Below are positions 33,907-43,685 of a stretch of 64,000 bases of DNA, one piece after another. Each line of letters begins with the position of its first letter. Position 1 is the first letter of the stretch. The notes beneath the pieces were generated by a model. That model was not told where the DNA came from. It made no database searches and was given only the letters and a program-made list of their open reading frames with translations. Origin of the DNA: Bacteroidota bacterium (GTDB lineage Bacteria; Bacillota; UBA4882; JAAYXC01); NCBI GenBank assembly GCA_050260415.1, contig JBLNCE010000150.1, positions 5,313 to 69,312 of the forward strand, given 5' to 3'. The position numbers were made by a program, and so were the translations under genes.

Positions 33907-34116
33907 GTGTTTCGCGTAAAGAATGTGACCCGCCATCCGCTGACCATTGACCTGGGGGATAAGCGGTCCTTACACCTGCTGCCGCAGGCAGAGGAGAAGA
34001 TCTCCGACGCCGATGCGGGGGCACCGCAGGTCCGGGCACTGGTCCGGGGTGGACACATCCGCCTGACCCAGATCGATACGCCAGCCAAGCAGCCGAAGAA
34101 AGCTGGCGGGGATTGA
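33907..34116 (+). CDS. hypothetical small protein
   Basis: 69-aa ORF between structural genes. Confidence 0.4.
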   Translation: MFRVKNVTRHPLTIDLGDKRSLHLLPQAEEKISDADAGAPQVRALVRGGHIRLTQIDTPAKQPKKAGGD

Positions 34117-34139
34117 AACGGAATGAGAGGTGAGAGATA

Positions 34140-35672
34140 ATGCCCGAATTTTTGAGTGCGGGACATCATATCACGGAGGCTGAGCCGCAGGTCGTGACGA
34201 TCCGCGGGGTGCCCACGTCCACTGCCGCGTTCATCGGCATCTGCGAGCGTGGCCCCATCGGGGTGGCCACGCTCATTACAAGCTGGTCGCAGTTCGTCGA
34301 GAAATTCGGCGGATTCACGACGAATGGCTGGGTTGCCTATGCCGTGTATGGCCTGTTCTTGAATAACAGGGGCGCCCGGGCATACATCGTGCGGACCGCG
34401 CACTATACCGACGTCGGCGATCCCGACACCCTGACTGCGGTGGCCGCCACGGCCACGCTCAAAGACCGGCACAGCACGCCCGCGAACACACTCACGGTGA
34501 CCATGATTAACGGAGGCACCTGGGGCGACCGATTCAAAATCAAAATAACAGACGCGACCAAGGCGCCGACCAGCAAATTCCGCCTGGAGGTCCTGGAGAC
34601 CGTGAACGGTCAGGATCTGTTGCGCGAGGCCTTCGATGAGCTGAGCATGGATCCGGCCAGTGCGGACTATGTCGAGACGCGCATCAACGGCATCAGCAAG
34701 TACATCATCGTCGAGGATCTCGAAAGCGCCACCATGGCGCCGAACGACCGGCCGGCGGTGGCCACGACGTCCCTGGCCGGAGGCAACGACGGTCTGACGA
34801 ACTTGGCGGATACCGACTATATCGGCTCCGCCGCAGGGCGCACTGGATTCTATGCACTGGATGTTATCGCCGAGATGCTTCTGATTGCCGTTCCCGGCGT
34901 GACGACCTCGGCGGTGCAGAACGGTCTTCTGGATTACTGCGCCGGCCGGGCCGACTGCTTTGGCATCCTGGATTCGCCCCTGGGCGACACGCCGGATGAG
35001 GTCGTCGCCTATGTCCAGACCACCGCGAATTTCAATTCCACTTACGGCGCGATCTACTATCCCTGGGTGCAGATCATGGATCCGCTGACGCAACGGCCCG
35101 CACTGGTGCCGCCGTCCGGATTCGTCATCGGCGCGCATGCGCGGACGGACGGCGCCAAGGGCGTCTGGAAGACCGCCGCCGGCATCGAGGACGGCCGCCT
35201 AGCTGGGGTCATCGGTCTGGAGACCGACCTTGTGAACGACAAGGCGATCCGGGATGTGCTCTACCCGGCTCGCATCAATCCCATCTGCTCGCTCCGCGGC
35301 CTGGGGATCAGGGTCTATGGCGGCCGCACCCTGGATGGGGGAGGCAAGTTCCCGTACATCAACGAGCGCCGGACGTTTATCTTCTGCGAGCAGAGCATCA
35401 AAAACGGCACGCAGTTCGCCGAATTCGAGAACAATGAAGATCCGCTATGGAAGCGGCTGACCCGTTCGATCAATGCGTTCTTGCTCTTCGTGTGGAAACA
35501 GGGCGGGTTGCGGGGCCTGAAGCCGGCGGAGGCCTTTGCCGTTAAAGTCGATGCAGAACTCAACACTCAGGAGTGGATTGACCTTGGCATCGTGCGCGGC
35601 CAGGTGGGCTTGGCCACGCAGCGTCCGGCCGAGTTCATTTGGTTCGAGTTTTCGCGCAAAATCCAGGTGTAA
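34140..35672 (+). CDS. contractile tail sheath protein
   Basis: 510 aa. N-terminal IRGVPTSTAAFIGICERGP and C-terminal INPICSLRGLGIRVYGGRTL match sheath-family patterns. Confidence 0.85.
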   Translation: MPEFLSAGHHITEAEPQVVTIRGVPTSTAAFIGICERGPIGVATLITSWSQFVEKFGGFTTNGWVAYAVYGLFLNNRGARAYIVRTAHYTDVGDPDTLTAVAATATLKDRHSTPANTLTVTMINGGTWGDRFKIKITDATKAPTSKFRLEVLETVNGQDLLREAFDELSMDPASADYVETRINGISKYIIVEDLESATMAPNDRPAVATTSLAGGNDGLTNLADTDYIGSAAGRTGFYALDVIAEMLLIAVPGVTTSAVQNGLLDYCAGRADCFGILDSPLGDTPDEVVAYVQTTANFNSTYGAIYYPWVQIMDPLTQRPALVPPSGFVIGAHARTDGAKGVWKTAAGIEDGRLAGVIGLETDLVNDKAIRDVLYPARINPICSLRGLGIRVYGGRTLDGGGKFPYINERRTFIFCEQSIKNGTQFAEFENNEDPLWKRLTRSINAFLLFVWKQGGLRGLKPAEAFAVKVDAELNTQEWIDLGIVRGQVGLATQRPAEFIWFEFSRKIQV

Positions 35673-35685
35673 AGGGGTGAGATAA

Positions 35686-36141
35686 TTGGCTGGTAAGGCG
35701 CGCAGATACTACGACAAATTCAAATTCCGGGTGGAGATCGACGGCATCACCCAGGCCGGCTTCTCGAAGGCCGGGCCCCTGAAGGGCAGCGTCGAGGAAG
35801 TAGAGCACTACGAGGGCGGCGCGCTCCTTCCGGATAAGTCCCCCGGGCGTGGTAAGTTCGAGGACATCACGCTCGAGTATGGCGCCACGGATAACATGGA
35901 GCTGTACGACTGGTTCGCACAGGTCCTAAACGCGGCCCAGGAAACCGGCGGCGCCGATCCGGACGAGTACAAGCGCAACTTGTCAATCATTCAGCTCGAC
36001 CGCGCCGGGAACGAGGTCCAGCGATTCAACGTCTTTGGCGCCTGGGTCAAGGAGTTCGAGGCCGGCGACTGGGACAACTCGTCCAACGAGAAGACCATCC
36101 GGAAGGCGGTCCTTTGCATCGATTACTTCGAGCCCGCGTAG
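35686..36141 (+). CDS. tail tube protein (T4 gp19-like / eCIS tube family)
   Basis: FKFRVEIDGITQAGFSKAGPLKGSVEEVEHYEGG matches the conserved tail-tube N-terminal pattern. Confidence 0.8.
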   Translation: MAGKARRYYDKFKFRVEIDGITQAGFSKAGPLKGSVEEVEHYEGGALLPDKSPGRGKFEDITLEYGATDNMELYDWFAQVLNAAQETGGADPDEYKRNLSIIQLDRAGNEVQRFNVFGAWVKEFEAGDWDNSSNEKTIRKAVLCIDYFEPA

Positions 36142-36165
36142 GGCTGAGGAGGAACAGAAAACAGC

Positions 36166-36915
36166 ATGGACATGAAAAAATTGCCGAAGACCCTGGCCGA
36201 AGCCGAAATTCAACCAGGGGTTTTTCTTTTTCCGGGGCTGTGGGAGGGTGAACTCCGGGAGATGACCACGGCCGATGAGGACGCCCTCCTCAATCAGCGC
36301 CCAGGGCACGAGGGCGAAGCCGTCAACAAGGTTATGCAATCCTGCCTGGTCAAGCCCGAAGGAATCTCCGTCCAGGACCTCCTGATGGGAGACCGGCTCT
36401 TTCTGCTTTTCGCCTTGCGGCGGCTGACCCATGGTGACATCTATTCTTTGCGCGTAACGTGCCCCAGGTGTAATCACGGTTTTGTTTGGGATGAGTCTCT
36501 TGGGGACATCCAGGTCCAGTACCTGGCCGATCCGGCGTTCGCGGCGCCTGGTCATCTGTTTTCGTTCACACTGCCAAAGAGCGGCAAGATGGTCAAGTTC
36601 CGCCTCGGACGTGGCCGGGACGAGCAACGGCTCCAGGTCATCCGGCGCGAGAATCGGGACCGGCTGATGACCTCGCTCATGGCCATGCGCGTCGTTGAAC
36701 TCGACGGCGAGACGAACGTGACGCCCAAGTCCTTTGCCGCGTTGCCGGCATCTGACGCGGCCGCGTTGCGGACGGAGATCGAGGCCAGGGATTGCGGGGT
36801 CAATACCACCATCAAGGTGGAATGCCCCAACTGCTATCGCACCGATGAGATCGAGCTGCAACTCGACGCGGATTTTTTCGTACCGGGGAGGAGGCCGCGG
36901 CGCCAGGGCTCTTAA
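36166..36915 (+). CDS. tail assembly chaperone-position protein with two zinc-ribbon motifs (0-frame product)
   Basis: CPRCNH...CPNCYR motifs. Lies between the tube and tape measure genes. Ends shortly after the slippery T_TTT_TTC at 36873-36879. Confidence 0.6.
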   Translation: MDMKKLPKTLAEAEIQPGVFLFPGLWEGELREMTTADEDALLNQRPGHEGEAVNKVMQSCLVKPEGISVQDLLMGDRLFLLFALRRLTHGDIYSLRVTCPRCNHGFVWDESLGDIQVQYLADPAFAAPGHLFSFTLPKSGKMVKFRLGRGRDEQRLQVIRRENRDRLMTSLMAMRVVELDGETNVTPKSFAALPASDAAALRTEIEARDCGVNTTIKVECPNCYRTDEIELQLDADFFVPGRRPRRQGS

Positions 36916-37109
36916 CGCTGACCTCATGCAATACCACCGAACTGGCCGAGCAGGTCTTCTGGCTCATGTATCGGAGCTGGGGATCGGGACTCGGCCAACA
37001 GTTTTCCGAGGTTATGCGGATGCCTGTCAGGTGGCGCCTGCAGCTTTACGACCGCCTGATGGAGCGCCTCAACGATGAGGCGGAGGCACTGAATGGGAAG
37101 GGGGGCTGA
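36873..37109 (+). CDS. -1 frame extension of the chaperone gene (G/GT-like frameshift product, C-terminal part)
   Basis: The -1 frame is open from 36849 to TGA 37107-37109 and encodes ...TELAEQVFWLMYRSWGSGLGQQFSEVMRMPVRWRLQLYDRLMERLNDEAEALNGKGG. Its only internal ATG (36966) has no obvious RBS. Confidence 0.5.
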   Translation, partial: FFRTGEEAAAPGLLTLTSCNTTELAEQVFWLMYRSWGSGLGQQFSEVMRMPVRWRLQLYDRLMERLNDEAEALNGKGG

Positions 37110-37112
37110 GTT

Positions 37113-39683
37113 TTGGGACTGAACTACAGCATGATGGGTCTAGGCTTTCATTTTTTCGTCCAAGATGACGCCTCCCTAGGCCTCAACAAGATAGGACGCG
37201 AATTCGACAACGTGCAGGCCAAGGCGGAGGAGGCCTTCAATCACGCCAAGGCCGATTTGGATAAATTCGAGAAGAGCCTGGGCGCCTTGGGCGAACCCCG
37301 CGTGCAGGCGGCTCTTCGCGGTACCGGGATGGCCTTGATGGGGATCGGCACCGCCGGCCTGGCCGGGTTAGGCATGGCCGAACAGTCCTATGCTTCGTTC
37401 GAGCAAGAAATGCTCAATGCCCGTTCGGTCGCCCAATGGGCGGAACAGGACTACCAGCGCCTCAGCCGGTTCGCAATCAAGGTCGGCGCGGAGACGAAAT
37501 TTACGGCCAGCCAGGCCGCGGCGGCCATCTATGAGATCAGCTCCGCCGGCGTCACGGCGGTCGAGGAGATCGAAAAACTCACCATGGGCGTGGCCGCATT
37601 CGCAGCAGCCGGCGGCACGGACATGCCCGAAGCCTCCCGCGCCATCGTCTCTGCAGTGAATGGCTTCCGCCTGCCCATGGAGAAGGCGACTCACGTGGCC
37701 GACGTGCTCACAAAATCCGTGCAACTGAGCATGTTGCGCGCGGAGGAATTGCCCATCGCCGTGGGCAACATGGCCGGAATCGCCGGCCAGGTGGGGCAGT
37801 CGGTCGAGTCGGCCATGTCCGGCCTCATGGCGGCCAGAGCCGTGATCGGATCGGCCGAAGACGCGGCCACGTCTTACCGCGCGGCCATGATGCACCTGAT
37901 CGCGCCAACGAACGAGGCTTCGCGCATCCTTGATACGCTCGGCATCAGCCTCCGCGATCCGCAGGGCCGGATGCGGGCTTGGCCGGAGATCATCGAGGAG
38001 TTCCAGGCATCCTTCGCCGCGGCCGGCCCCCTGATCGATCAGTTCAGGCAGTTTGCCGGCGCCAGCGGCGATGAGCTGAAGGCTCTGGCCGAGGCATACG
38101 GTATGTCAGGCACACAGATCGAAGGGCTGGTCACCGCGGCCAATCAGGGGACGCAGGCATTTCAGGACTACGTTATCGCCACCGTCTTCGGCCAGGATGG
38201 GATCCGGGCCGTGACGGCCGGCCTCAATGCGCAGACCGTGGCCATGGTCGGCGGCCGGGAGGTTGCTCTGACCGGCGCAGAGGCTCTGAAATACTGGCAG
38301 CAACAACTGGAGGCCAGCGGCGGCACCGCGCAGACGGCCGCCGAGGTGCAGATGTCCGGTCTGAAAGGCGCCATGGAGGAACTGAGCGGAAGTATTGAAT
38401 CGGCGGGGCTGTCTTTGGCCGGCCCTTTGGCGGGACCCCTCAGGGGTGTGGCCAAATTGCTTACGTTCGTCACAAATATCGTCAATGGGCTGCCGAAGCC
38501 GTTACAGGCCGTGGCGTCCTGGTCGATCCTGCTCGGTTCCACCGGGCTGCTGGCTGGCGGCGGGCTCTTGATGTTCTTGAGCAAGGTCCCGGACATCAAA
38601 CGGGGCTTGGCGATTACACAGGTCTTGCTCAAGGACGTGGCGAGCGGGGCTACGATCGCGCGGGCCAAAATGCTGGCGCACGCGGCGGCCATGGGTGTTG
38701 TTAAGGTTGCCACCGCGGCTTGGACCGGTGTGCAGTGGCTACTCAACGCCAGTCTCTGGGGTTGCCCGATCGTCTGGATCGTGGCAGGTATCGCGGCAGT
38801 GGTTGCCGCGGTCGTTTTGCTCGTGAAGAACTGGCAGAAGGTCGTCGCGGTTCTGACGGGCTGGTGGAACTGGATCAAGACCACCTGGGGCAAGATGCCC
38901 GGCTGGTTGAAGTACGTGGTCGGCGCGGTCCTAGTGGTGGTGATGCCCTTTATCGGGATACCGCTGCTGATCGCATTGCATTGGAAACAAGTCTCCGGGT
39001 TCTTCAAGTGGCTTTGGGCTGGAATAGTCAGCGTGTTTCAGTCCGTGGTCGGGTTCTTCAAGCGATGGTGGACGGTCGTCCTCGCGGTGCTCTTTCCGTT
39101 TATCGGCCTCCCCATTCTCGTTATCAAGAATTGGAACAAGATCACGGCCTGGTTCCGCGGCCTGGGAACAACCATTGTGGAATCGATCAAATCGCTGCCG
39201 GAGTTGATCGGCGGGCTTTTGAAACGCGTCGTTGATGCCATCTTGGGCATTGGCAAGAAGCTTTTTGACGCCGGGAAGAAAGTCTTCGGCGGTTTATGGC
39301 AGGGAGTCAAGGACGCGCTTGGCATCCACTCGCCGAGTTACATCGAGCGTGCCATGTTCAACGTAGGCGACGCATCGCGCGGAACCCTGACGCAGCTCAA
39401 GCGCGACTTCGGGGAGATGAACCGGCTTTCCGCCAAGCCGTCCGTATCGTTCGTAGGCGGTCAGGTTATCGCCTTCCCGGCGCGTGTGGCGGCTTCTCCC
39501 GCGGCAAGCGCGACCGGAGGCAGATCCCCGCGGATTGCCAGGCCTGCTGCAGCAGATGCCCGCGGCGGTGGCGCCGTCCGGTCCACCGTCAGACAACCGG
39601 TGCAGCTCGTCCTGGACGGCCGGATTATCGCCGAAACGGTGCTAGAATTTGCGGAGGACCGGGATGACCGGGAGGTGAGCTGA
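37113..39683 (+). CDS. tail tape measure protein
   Basis: 856 aa, Ala/Gly-rich helical N-terminal half, multiple TM-like segments in the C-terminal half. Canonical position. Confidence 0.85.
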   Translation: MGLNYSMMGLGFHFFVQDDASLGLNKIGREFDNVQAKAEEAFNHAKADLDKFEKSLGALGEPRVQAALRGTGMALMGIGTAGLAGLGMAEQSYASFEQEMLNARSVAQWAEQDYQRLSRFAIKVGAETKFTASQAAAAIYEISSAGVTAVEEIEKLTMGVAAFAAAGGTDMPEASRAIVSAVNGFRLPMEKATHVADVLTKSVQLSMLRAEELPIAVGNMAGIAGQVGQSVESAMSGLMAARAVIGSAEDAATSYRAAMMHLIAPTNEASRILDTLGISLRDPQGRMRAWPEIIEEFQASFAAAGPLIDQFRQFAGASGDELKALAEAYGMSGTQIEGLVTAANQGTQAFQDYVIATVFGQDGIRAVTAGLNAQTVAMVGGREVALTGAEALKYWQQQLEASGGTAQTAAEVQMSGLKGAMEELSGSIESAGLSLAGPLAGPLRGVAKLLTFVTNIVNGLPKPLQAVASWSILLGSTGLLAGGGLLMFLSKVPDIKRGLAITQVLLKDVASGATIARAKMLAHAAAMGVVKVATAAWTGVQWLLNASLWGCPIVWIVAGIAAVVAAVVLLVKNWQKVVAVLTGWWNWIKTTWGKMPGWLKYVVGAVLVVVMPFIGIPLLIALHWKQVSGFFKWLWAGIVSVFQSVVGFFKRWWTVVLAVLFPFIGLPILVIKNWNKITAWFRGLGTTIVESIKSLPELIGGLLKRVVDAILGIGKKLFDAGKKVFGGLWQGVKDALGIHSPSYIERAMFNVGDASRGTLTQLKRDFGEMNRLSAKPSVSFVGGQVIAFPARVAASPAASATGGRSPRIARPAAADARGGGAVRSTVRQPVQLVLDGRIIAETVLEFAEDRDDREVS

Positions 39684-40381
39684 TGCCGTCGCACCCATAT
39701 GGGATCGACCCGAATCTGACCGGGTCTCATGCATATGGAGTAGACACCAAACTGGACCCTGCAAAGGCATATGGCGGCGCGTTGCGTCCCGTGCTTGAGG
39801 GCCAGGGAGCGGCCGCGACCCAGGCGACTCCGTTTGCTGCGCCCGCGCGGGCATCGCTCACCCGGATCGACACCGGGGAATCCGTGACGCTATTGGCCAA
39901 TCCTCACGCTCTGAATGACAGCAAGGCGGCGGAATACGATAGGCCTGAAGTGTCCAAGGCGGTCGCCCCACCGTTCAAGTTCAAGTTCGGAGGCTCCCGC
40001 GACATTACGTTCGCCTTCCGCCTGATCGCCCGGGGCAACGTGGATGAGATCGAACAACAGATCAATACCTTACGCAGTTTCACATTACCGGCCGGGCCGG
40101 CAAAGGATCCGCCCGTCGTAATGTTCGTCGCGGGCCAACTACAGGAGAAGGTTCGTGTCATGGAGATCCGTTCGACTGTTGATGCATGGACCCCCGCTTT
40201 GCGGCCGCGCGATGTCATGGTCGAGGTTACCCTATCAGTGGACTACGGCGTCAAACTGCCCGCACAACCAAAGCCCGCGGCCAAGAAAGTCGAGGTCGGC
40301 CGGCAGCAAGTACGGGATCGAAGCAAGACGCAGCAGCCTCCGGCGACGCCGGCACAGCGCGCATTCCCGGGATCCTGGTAG
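39683..40381 (+). CDS. baseplate-proximal tail protein (tube-fold/hub-associated), hypothetical
   Basis: ATG overlaps the TMP stop. Position is between the TMP and LysM proteins, as in P2/eCIS-like tails. Confidence 0.45.
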   Translation: MPSHPYGIDPNLTGSHAYGVDTKLDPAKAYGGALRPVLEGQGAAATQATPFAAPARASLTRIDTGESVTLLANPHALNDSKAAEYDRPEVSKAVAPPFKFKFGGSRDITFAFRLIARGNVDEIEQQINTLRSFTLPAGPAKDPPVVMFVAGQLQEKVRVMEIRSTVDAWTPALRPRDVMVEVTLSVDYGVKLPAQPKPAAKKVEVGRQQVRDRSKTQQPPATPAQRAFPGSW

Positions 40382-40399
40382 ATCGAGTGGGGTGATAGC

Positions 40400-40618
40400 A
40401 TGTTGCACCGGCCGGAGCTTTACGGGCGCGGCTCTCAATACATCGTCGAGGCCGAAGATTCGCTGTGTAGCTTGGCCAACCGTTACTACGGCAACCCACA
40501 TCTCTGGTGGGCCATCGCATCGGCGAACGGGATCAGCGATCCGACCATCGAACCGGAGCCAGGGTCTGTGATCCTCATCCCTGACTACACGGACGTGCTG
40601 AAGGTGATCGCGCAATGA
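40400..40618 (+). CDS. LysM-domain tail protein (P2 gpX-like)
   Basis: YIVEAEDSLCSLANRYYGNPHLWWAIASANGISDP...VILIP is a LysM motif. Confidence 0.75.
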   Translation: MLHRPELYGRGSQYIVEAEDSLCSLANRYYGNPHLWWAIASANGISDPTIEPEPGSVILIPDYTDVLKVIAQ

Positions 40619-41421
40619 TTACGGTCGAGGGAATCACCGCCGATCCCGTCAAGGTCATCTGGGAGACCGATCTGCACTTGATCGCCTCCCTGCAAATCGT
40701 TTATCCGGGAGACGCCGAGGTGCCGTTGGCCACGGGGCAGGCAATGCCGGAAGTCTCCTTTGGAGAGCCGGGGAACCTGCAGAAACTGGCCGGTTACCTG
40801 GTTCACCGAACGCGGGCCAAGGAACAACTCGTCGTCATCGCCCACGAATTCGGCGGGGCCTGGCGGGATCGGAATCGAGCCCTGTGGTCCGGCCCGCGAG
40901 CGGAAGCCCTGCGCCAGGTTCTGGCCCGGCACGGAGAGCGCGCCGCGCAGATCGCCGCACCCGGTGGGCAAAAGCTTTATACGCAACACGAATCCGATAT
41001 CGCCTTCCTGTACCGCCTGGCGGGCAATATCCCGATCTGGCGAGACGAGCAGGGTCGCGTCAATGTGGCGGCGCCATCCCGAATCGAGGTACGGGACATC
41101 ATCGAGTACGCGCCCGCGGCCGCGCCTGCACGGCGATATGTGGCCGCCGGCATCACGCCGGACGGCAAGGCATTCGAGATCGCAGTCGGGTCAGGGCTGA
41201 CGGTGCGGGTAACCGAGGCCTTCCACACGCCGGCAGAGGCTAAGGATCACCTGGAACGGTTGCACCAGGCCGAGGCTCGCGGCAGGCTCGTGGCCATGGG
41301 GCAGGCGGGGATCAGGGCCGGCTGTACGGTTGTTCTGTCGACCGGCCAGGAGCATCTGGTCATCCGAGCCACACATGAGGTGGTGGGCGCTGCATGGACA
41401 GTCATCTGCTCCCTGGCGTAA
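40615..41421 (+). CDS. baseplate hub / late-control gpD-like protein, putative
   Basis: Position between the LysM protein and the spike. ATGA overlap upstream. Confidence 0.45.
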   Translation: MITVEGITADPVKVIWETDLHLIASLQIVYPGDAEVPLATGQAMPEVSFGEPGNLQKLAGYLVHRTRAKEQLVVIAHEFGGAWRDRNRALWSGPRAEALRQVLARHGERAAQIAAPGGQKLYTQHESDIAFLYRLAGNIPIWRDEQGRVNVAAPSRIEVRDIIEYAPAAAPARRYVAAGITPDGKAFEIAVGSGLTVRVTEAFHTPAEAKDHLERLHQAEARGRLVAMGQAGIRAGCTVVLSTGQEHLVIRATHEVVGAAWTVICSLA

Positions 41422-41894
41422 AGCCCAAGTTGTTCGGCAAATACCGCGGCATCGTGGCCGTAGGTAAAGATCCAACAGGCAAGGGCCGGATCAAGGTAAA
41501 GATCCCGGCCCTGTTTGGTTTCAAAATCATGGACGCCTGGGCCTATCCGGTCCTGCCACCGCAGTTCGTCGGCGTTGATGTCGGGGAGACCGGCAAGTTG
41601 CAGTTTGATTGGCACGATGCCTCACTCAATGCACCGTCCATGGACTCGCCATCACTCAACGGCGTCGCGCAGGCCGGCGCTCAGGTAGTGCCCGGGACGA
41701 TCAGCGCGTCAACGGCTACAGCATCGTCGCTGACCGCAGAGCCCGGCAATGCGGGGACGTTCGTCCGCAAGAAGTTGCCATCGATTATCCCGGTCGAACC
41801 AGCCTCATGGGAGATCCCCGTGGGTACCGGCGTCTGGGTCGAGTTCGAGGCCGGGGATCCGGACAAGCCGATCTGGGTCGGGTTCTGGAAGTAA
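41394..41894 (+). CDS. baseplate spike, gpV / gp5 OB-fold (VgrG-like)
   Basis: FGKYRGIVAVGKDPTGKGRIKVKIPAL...GVWVEFEAGDPDKPIWVGFW is typical of gpV/Gp5 N-terminal OB-fold proteins. Confidence 0.75.
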   Translation: MDSHLLPGVKPKLFGKYRGIVAVGKDPTGKGRIKVKIPALFGFKIMDAWAYPVLPPQFVGVDVGETGKLQFDWHDASLNAPSMDSPSLNGVAQAGAQVVPGTISASTATASSLTAEPGNAGTFVRKKLPSIIPVEPASWEIPVGTGVWVEFEAGDPDKPIWVGFWK

Positions 41895-41910
41895 AGTAGG
41901 GGGTGAGCGC

Positions 41911-42285
41911 GTGCTGTTCCCGCTATTACACAACGGTGATGGCGCGTTCGCCTGGCCGGCGACGGAGATCGAGGAGATCGCGGCCACGATCCGGGTGATC
42001 CTGACGGTCATACCAGGCCAACACCAGCGTCTGCCCGACTTCGGCAACCACGCGGCGCTGCTCTTGTTCAGGAACCCGGGGCCGGGCCTGGAAGAGCGGA
42101 TCTCGGCGTTGATCAAGTTCGACATCGAGACCTGGGAGCCGCGGGCGCAGGTGGATTCGGTCGTCTCGGTCTACGACGATACGACGGCCAGCTATTACGT
42201 GGAGATCACCTGGTCGCCGAAGATATCCCCGGCCAACACACAACAGCGGATGTCTATCAGCCTCAGCCCTGAGGGGGTGTCCTGA
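41911..42285 (+). CDS. baseplate wedge protein gpW/gp25-like
   Basis: GTG start. IRVILTVIPGQHQRLPDFGN...IETWEPRA matches the GPW_gp25 pattern. Confidence 0.7.
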   Translation: MLFPLLHNGDGAFAWPATEIEEIAATIRVILTVIPGQHQRLPDFGNHAALLLFRNPGPGLEERISALIKFDIETWEPRAQVDSVVSVYDDTTASYYVEITWSPKISPANTQQRMSISLSPEGVS

Positions 42286-43685
42286 TGGCCCGGACTTATA
42301 CTGAGATTGCTACCGAATTACGACAGCGCGCCCGGCAACGCTGGCCGGCCTGGAATATGACCGCCGAGCACGTGGGCAATGTCATCCTGGATGGCGTTGC
42401 CGATGTGGTTGAGAAGAAGGAGTACGAGCAAGACGAACTCCTCGACAATGTAATGCCGGATACTACCTCGAGTTACGCCCGGCTGCTGCAATGGTCGCGT
42501 CTGCTCGGATATCCTGTCGCCTCGGCGGCGCCGGCTGAGGTTGAGCTGACGTTCTCCGTCGCCTCGGCAGCGCCGCTTGCCATCACAATCCCGGCGGGGA
42601 CAAAAGTCACCACGGCTGGCCCGGATCCCATCGTTTTTACCACTCTGGCGACCGTCCAGATCGCGGTCGGGCAGACGCAGGTCACCGTGGCCGCGCGGCA
42701 AGTCGAAGAACATTCCGAATCTCATACTGCGACGGGCGAACCGAACCAGACGTACAGCACGCTCCAGGGGCCGGTCTGGCTGGACAGCCTGCGCGTCTCC
42801 GTGGCCGGCGTCGAATGGGCGCTCGTGAACGACCTATTGGAGAGCGGCAACGCCGATCAGCACTATATGGCCGAGATCCAGGAGGACGGCAGAGTCTGGG
42901 TTGAGTTTGGCAACGGCTTACGGGGCATGGCCCCCGGCGCAGGTATCCAGATCGAGATCGCCTATCAGGCGACGCGCGGTGCGGTCGGCAACGTCGTGGC
43001 CGGCGCGCTGACCGTGATCGATTCGCCACTCTACGACGCCGCCGGATACCTGGCGGATGTCTCGGTGGTCAATGTCGAGGACGCCACAGGCGGTCAGGAC
43101 CAAGAGGACATGAACCACGTGCGTGACTCCCTGCCGCGCTGGGTCGTGACCAGCCGCCGCTGCGTGACCCCGACCGACTTCGAGGCGGCGGCCGAGTCCG
43201 TTGTCGGCGTGCTACGCGCGAAGGCGATGAATCACGATGACGACGCCAGTATCCCGAGCTTGACCATCCTGCTTTACGTGCTGCCGGAAGGCGGCGGCGC
43301 CCCCGGCCAGGCGCTCCTGGATGCGGTCACAGAGGAGTGCACGGTCAACCGTCCCAGGATCGCTACTCTGGTCCTGGACGTCCAGGCAGTTAAATACAAG
43401 ACGGCCAATGTCACCGTGCAGGTGACCAAGGAGGCCGGCTACGAGAACGCCGCGGTCCAGGCTGCCGTGGAGGCTGCAATAGATGCCTTCTTCGATTTTG
43501 CAAGGCTGGAGAACGAGGCCTATGCAATCAACTGGGGCAAGCCCATCTACCGAGCGAAACTGACGGCTTGGCTCACAAGCGTCCCCGGCGTGGCCAATGT
43601 GGACCTGACGGAGCCGGCGGCGGATGTGATCCCCGCAGCAGATGAGATCCCCGCACTTGGGACGGTGAGCGTCAATGTTATCTAA
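42285..43685 (+). CDS. baseplate J-like protein (gpJ/gp47 family)
   Basis: 466 aa following the gp25-like gene. ATGA overlap. Typical baseplate J size and order. Confidence 0.7.
   Translation: MARTYTEIATELRQRARQRWPAWNMTAEHVGNVILDGVADVVEKKEYEQDELLDNVMPDTTSSYARLLQWSRLLGYPVASAAPAEVELTFSVASAAPLAITIPAGTKVTTAGPDPIVFTTLATVQIAVGQTQVTVAARQVEEHSESHTATGEPNQTYSTLQGPVWLDSLRVSVAGVEWALVNDLLESGNADQHYMAEIQEDGRVWVEFGNGLRGMAPGAGIQIEIAYQATRGAVGNVVAGALTVIDSPLYDAAGYLADVSVVNVEDATGGQDQEDMNHVRDSLPRWVVTSRRCVTPTDFEAAAESVVGVLRAKAMNHDDDASIPSLTILLYVLPEGGGAPGQALLDAVTEECTVNRPRIATLVLDVQAVKYKTANVTVQVTKEAGYENAAVQAAVEAAIDAFFDFARLENEAYAINWGKPIYRAKLTAWLTSVPGVANVDLTEPAADVIPAADEIPALGTVSVNVI

Noticed and set aside
33642-36927. Minus-strand ORFs 33642-35138 (498 aa) and 35983-36927 (314 aa) opposite the sheath, tube and chaperone genes
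   Set aside because: They lie antisense to genes with strong family motifs. This is a high-G+C codon-position artefact.
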